DNA of 64,000 nt from an uncultured archaeon (GTDB taxonomy: Archaea > Thermoplasmatota > Penumbrarchaeia > JASLWR01): positions 64,001 through 128,000 of the forward strand of contig CAYFHS010000003.1 in NCBI GenBank assembly GCA_964342815.1. Direction: 5' to 3'. Positions 18,573 to 28,506 of the stretch are shown here, in pieces. The position numbers and the translations under genes are program-made. The notes under the pieces were generated by a model. It searched no databases, had not been told where the DNA came from, and saw only the letters and a list, made by a program, of their open reading frames with translations. Each line of letters starts with the position of its first letter. Within the stretch, counting starts at the first letter, position 1.

Positions 18573-19280
18573 ATGTCAACAAAGGAAGCTGCATTGTTCA
18601 TCCCAAAAATATACGAGCTTCTACGGGCGAGGTTCGGTCACCGCAACTGGTGGCCCGGCGACACCCGCGACGAGATAATTATAGGCGCGATCCTTACGCA
18701 GAACACGGCATGGACAAACGTGGAAAAGGCAATTAACAATTTACGGGAAGCAAATTGTTTATCCCTAAAAAACCTGGCAGGCATCCCCCGCTCGGAGTTA
18801 GAACAGATGATCCGGCCGTCCGGTTACTTCAGGCAGAAAGCTGAGAGACTGATGAATTTCTCCCGGATATTGTTGGACCATCCCGGCGGTCCGGACGCCT
18901 TTTTTCATCACTCCCAAAGTCTCGATGAAGTACGGGATCGACTTCTAAATATCAACGGCATCGGCCCAGAGACAGCAGATTCCATACTCCTATATGCCGC
19001 CTCCTTCCCATCTTTCGTGATAGATGCATATACTTTTCGAATATTTACGCGGTTGGGCCTCCATACCGGTAAGAAGGACTACCTGAAACTACAGAAACTG
19101 ATCGCCAATAACCTGGATCAGGACATAGACCTCTATGGAGACTGCCATGCGCAACTGGTCGAATTAGGAAAAAGATATTGCTGGAATCAGCAGCCTCAAT
19201 GTAGTTCATGCCCGCTAAATGAATTATGCCCGAAAACAGGAATAAGAATGAAGAAATCAGATCTTCTTTCCACCGCGTAA
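18573..19280 (+). CDS. Endonuclease III-related HhH-GPD DNA repair protein with Fe-S motif
   Basis: WWPG, GAILTQNTAW.NVEKAI, GIGPETADSILLYA, FVIDAYT.R, C-x6-C-x2-C-x5-C. Start set to ATG 18573. Confidence 0.9.
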   Translation: MSTKEAALFIPKIYELLRARFGHRNWWPGDTRDEIIIGAILTQNTAWTNVEKAINNLREANCLSLKNLAGIPRSELEQMIRPSGYFRQKAERLMNFSRILLDHPGGPDAFFHHSQSLDEVRDRLLNINGIGPETADSILLYAASFPSFVIDAYTFRIFTRLGLHTGKKDYLKLQKLIANNLDQDIDLYGDCHAQLVELGKRYCWNQQPQCSSCPLNELCPKTGIRMKKSDLLSTA

Positions 19281-19922
19281 AAGCCATTTTACAAATATTT
19301 TCAAAACCAGACCGAGCTCCTTGTAATAAGGAAGTGAATGTCCTGCGGGAACAGATCTCTTCTGCCTAATATGCTGTTGTATATCATAAACGCCAAGTGA
19401 TGTTCCTTCGAAAACGGTATAGGCAGCACCGATATCTTTTGGTTTATGGGAATCGGAACCGCCAATAATACCCAGATTTAGCTCGTGCGCCAACTTATTT
19501 GCGCCACGGTTCTTGTGCGGGACGGTTGCACCGTTCAGGGCTTCGATTCCTGAGACATCAAGAGTTCTCACAATCTTGGAACTGATGCCGGAAGGGATAC
19601 GGTCCGGGTGAGCCACCACAGCAAAACCCCCCTGCCTTTTTATCTCCTTTACGATCTCTTTGGGTTCCCGCTCCCGCTCGATCTTCTCTTTAATATTGTA
19701 AGCAAGTATATGGCCGCAAGTGGTGGATATCTCCTCGCCCACGATTACCAGAAAATCCATATCTTTCGAATATTCCTTCGCCTCGAGAGCCCCCTCAATC
19801 TCGTTGTGATCAGTAATGGCTATCCCGGACAATCCCTTTAGTTTTGCAATTTCAACGAATTCACGGGGTTCCCCTTTTCCGTCCAACGAATATTTCGTAT
19901 GCACGTGCATGTCGATTTTCAT
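19257..19922 (-). CDS. PHP-domain phosphoesterase
   Basis: DMHVHT.YS.DG, IAITDHN, GEEIST..GH, AHP, GGSDSH. Confidence 0.9.
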   Translation of the reverse strand: MKIDMHVHTKYSLDGKGEPREFVEIAKLKGLSGIAITDHNEIEGALEAKEYSKDMDFLVIVGEEISTTCGHILAYNIKEKIEREREPKEIVKEIKRQGGFAVVAHPDRIPSGISSKIVRTLDVSGIEALNGATVPHKNRGANKLAHELNLGIIGGSDSHKPKDIGAAYTVFEGTSLGVYDIQQHIRQKRSVPAGHSLPYYKELGLVLKIFVKWLLRGGKKI

Positions 19923-20002
19923 GGGATCATCTTTGGAAAGCTAACTTAAGTCTATAGACGAGAGCGCTGGCCAACCCTTGACGACGAGTTTTTCCGGAGG
20001 AT

Positions 20003-22042
20003 TCAGTACACACGCGAACCAGCATCAAGCTCTTTCTCCGGAACTACCAGAGAGACTCTCCCTTCACCATCCTCTCCAGCCAGGAGCATGGCCTCTGAAC
20101 GGACTCCGCGTATCTCCGTCGGTTCCAGGTTCACTACCACCACGATATTCTTTCCCACAATATCATCAGCGGAATAATGTTTTTTCAAACCTGCCACCAT
20201 GGTTATCGGCTCATCCTGACCGATATCCACTTTCAATATGAATAGGTTCTTCGAGTCCGGGTGATCCTTTGCTGAAACGATCCTTGCTATTCTCAAGTCC
20301 ATTGCCTTAAAGTGATCGAAGGATATTTTCTTCTTTATTGGAAAGATCTTTTTGCTGAGCTTGTCCTGGGCGCCAGCCAGTTTCTCCTGTTCCAGCACGC
20401 GCTTGAGGTCCAGTTTCTTAAACATGGGCATCGGTTTTTCCACCCTATGGCCCACGGCAATATCTGAATAAACCGACTGCCAGTCCCGTTGGGCCACTTC
20501 ACCGACGTTCCCCAGCATCTTGTAAAGATTCTGAGCGGTAAAAGGCATGAACGGTGCCATCATGAAGGATAGGGAATTGGTCAGATGCAGCATATTATGT
20601 ATAGTGTTCTGGGTGGTGCCCCGGTCCTCCTTTATAGTCTTCCACGGCTCTTTCTTCGTTATATACTCATTCCCCTTTCTTGCCAGAGCCATAAGGGCCT
20701 TCATGGCCTTCTGGAACTTGCACTTGTCTATGTTATCGCCCACTTCATCCCTGGCATTTTCTATTGAATCCTGTAGGTCTCTGTCATCCCCGTCCGGTAT
20801 GTAATCCTCGGTCAATGGTGGAATTTCACCAAAATGCTTCGAGGTCAGGACCAGAACGCGGTGTATCATGTTGCCCAGAGTTGCGATGAGGTCTTCGTTC
20901 ACGGTCCTTACGAAATTCTTCCATGTGAAATCGGTATCCTTGTGCTCCGGCATGTTTATGGTTAGATAATACCTCATGAGATCTGGAGGGTACCTTTCCA
21001 GATAACTAGGTATCCACACTGCGTGGTTTCTGGATTTCGAGAACTGCTCGTTGTTCAACATCAGGTACTGGTTTGAGGGGACGTCATAGGGTAGATTGAT
21101 CTCCGGATCATACCCCGCCAGCATCGCCGGGAAAATTAAAGTATGGAACGGAATATTGTCTTTTGCGAGGAAATAGTATATCCGGGCGTCCCGATCATAC
21201 CAGAAATCCTTCCACATTTCGGGTTTTCCCAGGCTTGCGCACACCTGCTTGGTGCATGACAGATAACCTATAACCGCTTCGAACCAGACGTAAATGCACT
21301 TCTTGTCAAAACCCTCGAGAGGGATTGGCACCCCCCATTTCAGGTCACGGGTGATTGCACGATCCTCCAATCCCTCTTCGAGCCATCCCTTGGTAAGCCC
21401 GATAACCGAGGAGCGCCAGTGTTTTTTCCCTTCCAGCATGTTCCATAACGGCCCCTCTAGATGTGTCAAGCGAAGATAGAACTGCTCGGTCTCTTTTTGC
21501 TTGGGCGTAGTGCCGCAGAGCTTACACCGGGGTTCAACCAGTTCATCAGCATCCAATGTCTTCCCGCACCCGTCACACTGGTCACCCCGTGCGTCAGTGT
21601 AAGAGCAATTCGGACAGGTTCCCTCGATGTAGCGATCCGGCAAGAACCTGTCGCATTTAGGGCAGTACGGAGCAAGCAGCCTGCGTTTGTAGATGTAGTT
21701 CTTCTCATGTAACTTCAGGAAAATATCATGCACAACCTCAAAATGATCCGGATTGTGAGTTTTCGAGAACATATCGTAGGAAATGCCCATCTTCGCCAAG
21801 GATTCGGAATTCAGCGCGTGATATCGATCCGCCACCTCTTCAGGGGTGATCCCTTCTGCTTCGGCGCTAACCGTGATGGGGGTGCCGTGTTGATCGGAGC
21901 CGGAAACCATCAGAACGTTTTCCCCTGCCATTCTTTGATATCGTGCGAATATATCTCCAGGTAAAAAACAGCCTGCAAAATGACCGAGATGAAGCGGCCC
22001 GTTGGCATAGGGCCAGGCAGTACATACAAGAACATTTCTCAT
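20003..22042 (-). CDS. metG: Methionine--tRNA ligase with C-terminal tRNA-binding domain
   Basis: AWPYANGPLHLGH, SGSDQHGTP, Zn knuckles CPKC/CPNC/CDGC/CKLC, YVWFEA, FSKSR (KMSKS equivalent), C-terminal MDLRIARI...SEAMLLA. Confidence 0.95.
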   Translation of the reverse strand: MRNVLVCTAWPYANGPLHLGHFAGCFLPGDIFARYQRMAGENVLMVSGSDQHGTPITVSAEAEGITPEEVADRYHALNSESLAKMGISYDMFSKTHNPDHFEVVHDIFLKLHEKNYIYKRRLLAPYCPKCDRFLPDRYIEGTCPNCSYTDARGDQCDGCGKTLDADELVEPRCKLCGTTPKQKETEQFYLRLTHLEGPLWNMLEGKKHWRSSVIGLTKGWLEEGLEDRAITRDLKWGVPIPLEGFDKKCIYVWFEAVIGYLSCTKQVCASLGKPEMWKDFWYDRDARIYYFLAKDNIPFHTLIFPAMLAGYDPEINLPYDVPSNQYLMLNNEQFSKSRNHAVWIPSYLERYPPDLMRYYLTINMPEHKDTDFTWKNFVRTVNEDLIATLGNMIHRVLVLTSKHFGEIPPLTEDYIPDGDDRDLQDSIENARDEVGDNIDKCKFQKAMKALMALARKGNEYITKKEPWKTIKEDRGTTQNTIHNMLHLTNSLSFMMAPFMPFTAQNLYKMLGNVGEVAQRDWQSVYSDIAVGHRVEKPMPMFKKLDLKRVLEQEKLAGAQDKLSKKIFPIKKKISFDHFKAMDLRIARIVSAKDHPDSKNLFILKVDIGQDEPITMVAGLKKHYSADDIVGKNIVVVVNLEPTEIRGVRSEAMLLAGEDGEGRVSLVVPEKELDAGSRVY

Positions 22043-22235
22043 TTTCAATCACTCCATTTCGGTCCCCTTAATAGTCAAATACTATCGGAGAGAACCATTC
22101 AGCGGGATATATCAATTTCATTAATTAGATTTTCCCCGTTGAGTGAAGGATGCATATAATAGAAATATTTCCCATCGACGAAGAATTTCAATACAAATTC
22201 CCTCAAATGAATAACATCACCGTTTCAGACGAAAT

Positions 22236-25200
22236 TTATTCCGAGAGGTATCCTTTTTCATGGCATACCGGGCATTCTATTATAACTGGTCTCGTGCTGT
22301 CCGTGACCTCATAACCGGTCCCACATGCGTGACATTGTACCCGGGTACCGACATCCCCCGAAGCCGACTCTTCTGTGGATGGAGCTGAGGCATCCGGTAA
22401 TGGAGAATCAGGAGGTGCCGGTGGGGATGAAGGAGGAATGGATGGCAATGGAGAATCGAGAGGCGCCTGAGTTGGTGAAGACAATACCTCCGGGCTTGGT
22501 GATGCAGGGGGTGTTTCTGGTGGGATACCTGAAATTACTTCCGGAGAGGACATTTCTAACGGCGAAACCAGATCGCCGCCCTGAGATGATGGCGCTGGCA
22601 GAGGGGGCTCCCCAGGTATGTCGAACAAGGCATTCAGCGGAGAATCGGGGATTTCAGAGGAGAGAGGATTTAGGGGACCCGGTACGGGTGCCATGGGCAA
22701 CATCGGATCGTTCACGGTATCCGGAAACGGAACCTTGTCCTCCGATGCCGGCGGAAGAGCCAAATGGTTCATGTCCTGCATGCCCTGATCGGTTGAAAAG
22801 GAAGGAAGAAGATACCCCGGCTCATTTGGAGTATATGCGGCTTGTGAGGTGGCAGGCAAAGGGGGAAATGACGGGGCTGAAGGTTGTTGGTTCCAAGGTC
22901 CGCTGGGACCTGATTGAGGTGTGGTTCCGGGAACTATACCGGCGGAAGCCATTGAAGCAGGATACTGCCCGTATGGGGGACTGCGTCCACCGTAAATCCC
23001 TCCGTAACCTGCTGTATCTATCCGGTCGTATCCGCCAGGCGCAGCATTCAAATTCTGGCCCTGAGAGTAAGGGTGAAAGGGTGCTGGAGGAGGCACCTGA
23101 GCCGCTTTTTTCTGTTCCTTTTCCTTTCCTTTTTTCCTGATGGCGACCAGGACTACGACAATTAATAAAATCAATACGATAACTCCAATTATCACAAACA
23201 GCCACCAGTATTGCGCTAGCAAACTATCTTCAGCAACAGAACTAGCCTTCCTATCACTCACCTGCTGATGGTAATCGCCCACCATTTCAGGCGTGGCATC
23301 ACTGGCGTCATTCGGGTCGAGACCGTTTATGGTTTCCCACCAGTCGGGCAGCTCATCCCCATCGCTGTCAGTGGTATCGTCCCATCGCTCTTCGGCTTCT
23401 TTCGCTGTAGGTTTAGCTTTAATCTCAATATCCAGCTTCAGGCTTTCGTTAAAACCATGACCGTCATCCACATAGAGATAAACCTGATATTTTCCCGGCT
23501 GGTCGATGGTCGCCTGGGTACTCATCCCGCTGCCCGTGAAAACTGTCTTTTTGCTGGTCTTGCCCTTTATCTCCCAGTAGTAGCTCAGCTCATCGCCCTC
23601 AAGGTCCTCGGTCCCGGTAGCGTTCAGATGAATTGAGGAGCCTTGTTCGAACATTGAATCATCGGCGGGCCTTTCTATAACCGGAACCGGAGGAGAGTTT
23701 ATTCTTATCTTCGCCGGTTCTGAAAAGGTATAGTCATTACCAACTGCATCCTTGGCACGCCATTTGATATAATTATCACTGCCAGCTTCAAAGCGTACGT
23801 TGATCATCACTTCAATAAGCTCGTTCACCATCGTGTTACCAATAGAAGTCCAGTTGACGAAATATTTGTCCTCGCCACCCCAAGTCGATACTGAGTGCTC
23901 AATGGATTTCCCATCCACTCCACTGCCTTCGATGTCCAAGAAGGTTATCCCGCAAAGAATGCCTCCATCCGCCGCCTCGTCTACCGGGAACAGCTCGTCC
24001 TCTCCGGGGATGATATCTCTGGCTGTAACAGGTGTCTGATCCACTCTGATCGACCGTTTTTCGCTTACTGCAGGTCCGTTTCCCGCAAGATCATTAACAC
24101 GCCATTTCACGGCATTCCCACTACCCTCGTTCACCAGTAGATCCGTCCAGGCACGTACCTTTAGGGCATTATCGTCCGAGTCGGTTTCCAGAACCTCGAA
24201 TTTCATATCATTATCCGTCCACGGGGCAAAGGTGCTTTCGCCGTCTTTCCGCGCCGAGTAAGCGATTGTGCCTATATCCAGACCGTATATATCCTCGCAT
24301 ACGAAACTGGAACCAACCTTCGTCACGTTGAACCATTGATCCGCACCGGGAGAAAGGTCCGAAATAAACGGGTCCGCCGAATCTATATTAAAGAGAAAAT
24401 GAGTTGCGTTGCCCCATTGGTCATATATATCACAGGAAGTGATGTGAAAATACCAAGTGCCATCCGTCAAACCCGCAAACTCACCTGGATATGTTCCGGT
24501 CAGATCGCTGTTTTGGGTGTAAAGGACCTTCGTGGGTTCTGTGAGAGGCGAACTGTCCACCAAGTAGGAATATCCCTTTATTCCGGATATCTCAAACGGC
24601 AGTTCCCAGTTAAAAACGGGCAGCGTACTGTTGTAGTACCTAAGAGGATCGGGGTGTGTCGGGGAGCTAAGGACAATATCTCCCGGTGCCTTGAAGTCTA
24701 GATATATCGAATCGTTATACACATCCGAAATTATTCCCGCATGATCCTTGAACCTAACACCAATGGTCTTTAGACCGTCAAGAGGAGTAAGAGCAATCCG
24801 TTTTCCTGTCTTGTATTCTTCCCAGGGTCCCTCATCTCCCCTATCACTGATTATCTGCATATCGACAACCCCGCTCCCGTTATCCGTGGCATTTATTGAA
24901 AGGTCCACTAGCTTTTCATTTACGGAAAGCACATCCTCTTCTATGGTGATATTACCCACCGGTTTGGTCACGTCGATCATGAACTTTTTCATTACTGAAT
25001 AATTGCTCGCTGCATGGTAGCTGTCCTTGGTGCGCACCCTCCAGTAATAAATTCCATCGCTCAGGGGTTCCTCAATTGTATGTTCGCTAAAAGTAGAGTT
25101 TACGAAGGAAGTGTTATACCGAAGATTTTCGAGGTTCTCATTGTCGTAGATCTCCACCAGATAATCCGATTGTTGATCCCCTTTATCAGGATCGGTAAAG

Positions 25201-26582
25201 TTCCATCTCAGGATCGGCGTACTATTTCCCTGCCATTTACCGGAAGCAGGGGCGTATGGAACGGGATCCGCAATCAGGTCGTATTCGATAATAACCTTGT
25301 CGATATATGGGCTCGTTTCATTGTCATTGGTGGTAAGGGTAGCATTCCAGATCAAGCACGAGCCGCGATTCTTGAAAACGTGATTGGTCCCGTTCTCCAT
25401 GGTCACCCAATTTTTACCATCCACGGTCATATTATACACAATGTCAGTTCCTTGGGGTTTGTGTTCGAACCATGTGATCCTTGCTGCGCCTATGGTGGGT
25501 AATTTCTGGTAAAGCGGTTTCGACTGGAGAAATGATACATAATCAAGGCCGCCGGTACCGCCGAAGTTATAAGCAAGGTTATCGATGGTCCATGTGGTGT
25601 CCGGGTTATTCCCCGCATTCCCGTTTGTCATGATGAGGCTGTTCCCGAAATAATCGTAGTTGAAGCAGGTCAGATAATCGAAACCGTTCATGCAGACATC
25701 GTTGTAATTCTGCACATTTCCGGAGTCTCCATCCAGGCGATGGTTCATATTCCCTGCGGAGTAACCCACCGGATAGAAATAATGTCCCGCCGAAAAACAG
25801 GTCCCCATACTTCTCTGCTGTTCTGGTATGTTCACAGATCGAAGGAGGTTCTCGTTCATATCATAAACCCTCACGGTGTTACCACTGTAAGTGTAGATAT
25901 ACTCTCCATCGGTTGTAAGACCGCACTGGTTACCGCCACCCCAACGCCATGAAGTGGAACCGGCAGCGCTCATTGAGCAAGGAACCTTAGATTTATCCGA
26001 AAGGCGGAGCTTGTCAACAGTATTGGAATTGGAAAAGTACAGGTGGCCGTTCGCATAAATCATCTGGTAATAGCTGTGGGGATTGAAAGGCAGGTTGAAA
26101 CTATCGATGGTATTTCCATTGTTCATGAAGGAATTCAGGGATGCGTAGACGCTAATTTGATTGGATCCTCGCGAGGACCGTACGTAGAATTTCCCATCTT
26201 GACCAACCGCCCTGCCCGTGAACCTGGTAAACCGCCGGGTCCGGTCGGCATTGGAAACGTCCCTGATGTCAGAGCGAGGATTCGAACCTGAGCCAGGTAG
26301 ATAAGCCCTCCCCGTATATGTGTTCACGATGGAAGTAGTATTGGAAACGTCGATGCTGGTGAAGTTGTTAAAATCTTCAATGATCACACTTCCGTATCGG
26401 TTTTTTTCAAAGTCCTTCAAGGGTTCTTTGTTTACCGTTACCGCTGTCGATCCGTTCCCTTTGATGGATGCAGTTTCTTCCATGGAAAGGAAAAAGTTGT
26501 TTGAAAAAAACAGAAGCGCAACTGCAAGTCCAATAACTGAAAGCTTGATTCGGTTACCTTTCGAAGAGTTTATTCCGAACAT
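22236..26582 (-). CDS. Giant membrane-anchored surface protein (Ig/PKD-like domains, TM helix, Pro-rich cytoplasmic tail, C-terminal Zn ribbon)
   Basis: Signal peptide, YYWRVRTKD FN3-like module, LNATGTEDLEGDELSYYW PKD-like module, DSDGDELPDWWE, TM WWLFVIIG...VVLVAIRKK, terminal CHAC...CPVC. Confidence 0.88.
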   Translation of the reverse strand: MFGINSSKGNRIKLSVIGLAVALLFFSNNFFLSMEETASIKGNGSTAVTVNKEPLKDFEKNRYGSVIIEDFNNFTSIDVSNTTSIVNTYTGRAYLPGSGSNPRSDIRDVSNADRTRRFTRFTGRAVGQDGKFYVRSSRGSNQISVYASLNSFMNNGNTIDSFNLPFNPHSYYQMIYANGHLYFSNSNTVDKLRLSDKSKVPCSMSAAGSTSWRWGGGNQCGLTTDGEYIYTYSGNTVRVYDMNENLLRSVNIPEQQRSMGTCFSAGHYFYPVGYSAGNMNHRLDGDSGNVQNYNDVCMNGFDYLTCFNYDYFGNSLIMTNGNAGNNPDTTWTIDNLAYNFGGTGGLDYVSFLQSKPLYQKLPTIGAARITWFEHKPQGTDIVYNMTVDGKNWVTMENGTNHVFKNRGSCLIWNATLTTNDNETSPYIDKVIIEYDLIADPVPYAPASGKWQGNSTPILRWNFTDPDKGDQQSDYLVEIYDNENLENLRYNTSFVNSTFSEHTIEEPLSDGIYYWRVRTKDSYHAASNYSVMKKFMIDVTKPVGNITIEEDVLSVNEKLVDLSINATDNGSGVVDMQIISDRGDEGPWEEYKTGKRIALTPLDGLKTIGVRFKDHAGIISDVYNDSIYLDFKAPGDIVLSSPTHPDPLRYYNSTLPVFNWELPFEISGIKGYSYLVDSSPLTEPTKVLYTQNSDLTGTYPGEFAGLTDGTWYFHITSCDIYDQWGNATHFLFNIDSADPFISDLSPGADQWFNVTKVGSSFVCEDIYGLDIGTIAYSARKDGESTFAPWTDNDMKFEVLETDSDDNALKVRAWTDLLVNEGSGNAVKWRVNDLAGNGPAVSEKRSIRVDQTPVTARDIIPGEDELFPVDEAADGGILCGITFLDIEGSGVDGKSIEHSVSTWGGEDKYFVNWTSIGNTMVNELIEVMINVRFEAGSDNYIKWRAKDAVGNDYTFSEPAKIRINSPPVPVIERPADDSMFEQGSSIHLNATGTEDLEGDELSYYWEIKGKTSKKTVFTGSGMSTQATIDQPGKYQVYLYVDDGHGFNESLKLDIEIKAKPTAKEAEERWDDTTDSDGDELPDWWETINGLDPNDASDATPEMVGDYHQQVSDRKASSVAEDSLLAQYWWLFVIIGVIVLILLIVVVLVAIRKKGKEKEQKKAAQVPPPAPFHPYSQGQNLNAAPGGYDRIDTAGYGGIYGGRSPPYGQYPASMASAGIVPGTTPQSGPSGPWNQQPSAPSFPPLPATSQAAYTPNEPGYLLPSFSTDQGMQDMNHLALPPASEDKVPFPDTVNDPMLPMAPVPGPLNPLSSEIPDSPLNALFDIPGEPPLPAPSSQGGDLVSPLEMSSPEVISGIPPETPPASPSPEVLSSPTQAPLDSPLPSIPPSSPPAPPDSPLPDASAPSTEESASGDVGTRVQCHACGTGYEVTDSTRPVIIECPVCHEKGYLSE

Positions 26583-26790
26583 TGATACCGCCTGATAGAT
26601 TTAGATTATAGTTGTTGTAACTTATTATATTTTATTCAATGATTTTATAGAAAAAAACGAAAGGATCGTTAATAATTTGCATATTAGCTTCATCCCATCT
26701 TTGATTATTGTTCGGAAAGCTATTTATCTGAATTTAGTAATAGTAATCCGTTCAAGCATCAATCCAATAATAAGTGTCGAGGCTTAAAGA

Positions 26791-28401
26791 ATGAAGTACG
26801 CCAAGCTATGGAAGACGATGACGATAATTATTTTGCTGGGTTTGCTGCTGATAGTTGGAGGATTCTTCACCAGTGGAATGACTCGCCTAGAGCTGATCGG
26901 TGCGGGAGCAGCATGCATAATTGGGGTCTTGGTGCGACGGACATGGATAAGTTGTGTGATTGGTCTTTTTGCCGGGGGGGTCATTGGATACTTTTTCGAA
27001 GTTACGGACAACAAATCCATTGGAATAGTCATAATGTGTATATCGGTAGGTGTAACGGCGGGAGCGGTCGGAGCAATTATTGGGTATTGGGCCAATAAGA
27101 TAAAGAGCAAAACGGAAAAATCACTTGTGAACTTGCAAAAGGACATTGAGCAAACCCGAAAAGAAGCTCTAAGAAAGATCGAAATTGTTGAAAATACCAT
27201 AAAAAGAACCGGCCCATACCATCGGGATAGCGGGCATTATAATACGGAGATCCGTTATGTACAGGATCAGGTTAAAAACATTCGTTACTACTCCGGAAAC
27301 GCCCGATCCATAGAAGATGCAAACTTTCAATACAGTGAAATAATCAGCTACCTTGACCGGATCATGGAAAAGATCGACCCTTACAGCACCTCTACGGCCT
27401 GGGCCATAGATGAAAAAAAGTATGAGAATCCGTACGGGGAAAACGTTGATAGAAAAAAGGATAAGAGTGAGGAAAACACAGATAAAAAAGAAAAAAAGCC
27501 GAAAGAATTGATTCTTATCAGACCATCGAAAGGCTACATTCCTTCGCTGCGATCCCCAAAGGGCGAAGCCGTGAAACCACGGATATCCCGGGCCCTGCCT
27601 AATTACAGCATAAAAAAGCAAATCGACTCGAACGATTTTGCAGATATTTTCTCGGGAGAATCGGAAGATGGCAAGGATGTAATTATAAAAATCCCCCGAA
27701 TAGAACGGAAGAAAAGCGGAAATATAGGCATAATGGCAGAGTTTTTATCCTATGCAGATCAATGGGACCACCTTAAAGATGATAAAATCGTAAAGATATA
27801 CGGAAGAGATGTGCGTCCGGCGTTCCATATTGTCATGGAAAGAATGGAGGGGGGGGACTTAAAAGCGCTTATGAAAATCCATAAACTTTCACTGGAAGAG
27901 ACGGTCCATATCATGCTTAACGTACTAAAAGGAGTGTGCTCGGCTCACGAGAAGGGCGCGGTACACGGCAATCTGAAACCTACTAATATCCTTTTCCGAA
28001 AAAACGGTGATTTAAAGATAGGGGACTGGGGTTGGGAAGAATTCCAGAAAACGACGAATCCTGGTAGGTTCTGCGCGGATAAATGCATACAGGGATACTG
28101 CGCCCCCGAACATTTGGAACCCAAAGAATTCGGCAAGGTAGATGAGGCTACTGACCAGTTCCAGCTGGGAATTATATTTTACGAAATGCTAACGGGTATT
28201 AAGCCGTTCGTTGATGAGGATAAAGAGCGTACTGCTCATAACATTATTGAGCAAGAAATCGACCCACCCAGCTATTTGAACCATTCAGTACCGGATGAGC
28301 TTGACGAGTTAATATTGAAGGCAGTGGAAAAAAGAAAAGAAACAAGGTGGGGAAGCACGAAGCTTATGTACGATGAACTGAATAAACTCGTGGAGAGCTG
28401 A
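26791..28401 (+). CDS. Membrane-anchored Ser/Thr protein kinase-like protein, probable pseudokinase
   Basis: N-terminal TM helices; kinase fold with VIIK, IVMERMEGGDL, HGNLKPTN, KIGDWG, YCAPE, DQFQLGIIFYEMLTG. Confidence 0.85.
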   Translation: MKYAKLWKTMTIIILLGLLLIVGGFFTSGMTRLELIGAGAACIIGVLVRRTWISCVIGLFAGGVIGYFFEVTDNKSIGIVIMCISVGVTAGAVGAIIGYWANKIKSKTEKSLVNLQKDIEQTRKEALRKIEIVENTIKRTGPYHRDSGHYNTEIRYVQDQVKNIRYYSGNARSIEDANFQYSEIISYLDRIMEKIDPYSTSTAWAIDEKKYENPYGENVDRKKDKSEENTDKKEKKPKELILIRPSKGYIPSLRSPKGEAVKPRISRALPNYSIKKQIDSNDFADIFSGESEDGKDVIIKIPRIERKKSGNIGIMAEFLSYADQWDHLKDDKIVKIYGRDVRPAFHIVMERMEGGDLKALMKIHKLSLEETVHIMLNVLKGVCSAHEKGAVHGNLKPTNILFRKNGDLKIGDWGWEEFQKTTNPGRFCADKCIQGYCAPEHLEPKEFGKVDEATDQFQLGIIFYEMLTGIKPFVDEDKERTAHNIIEQEIDPPSYLNHSVPDELDELILKAVEKRKETRWGSTKLMYDELNKLVES

Positions 28402-28506
28402 CAGGTCACTTTTAAGAATTCGATTCATTTGTGAGAAAAGCTCTTCGACGAAACGCAGGAAAAAAAGCGTGGTTTAAAATCATTATGTTTCGACAGGTGA
28501 TACTGG

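Noticed and set aside
22325-23205. 271-aa plus-strand and 127-aa minus-strand ORFs
   Set aside because: Alternative frames over the Pro-rich tail of the 1448-aa protein.
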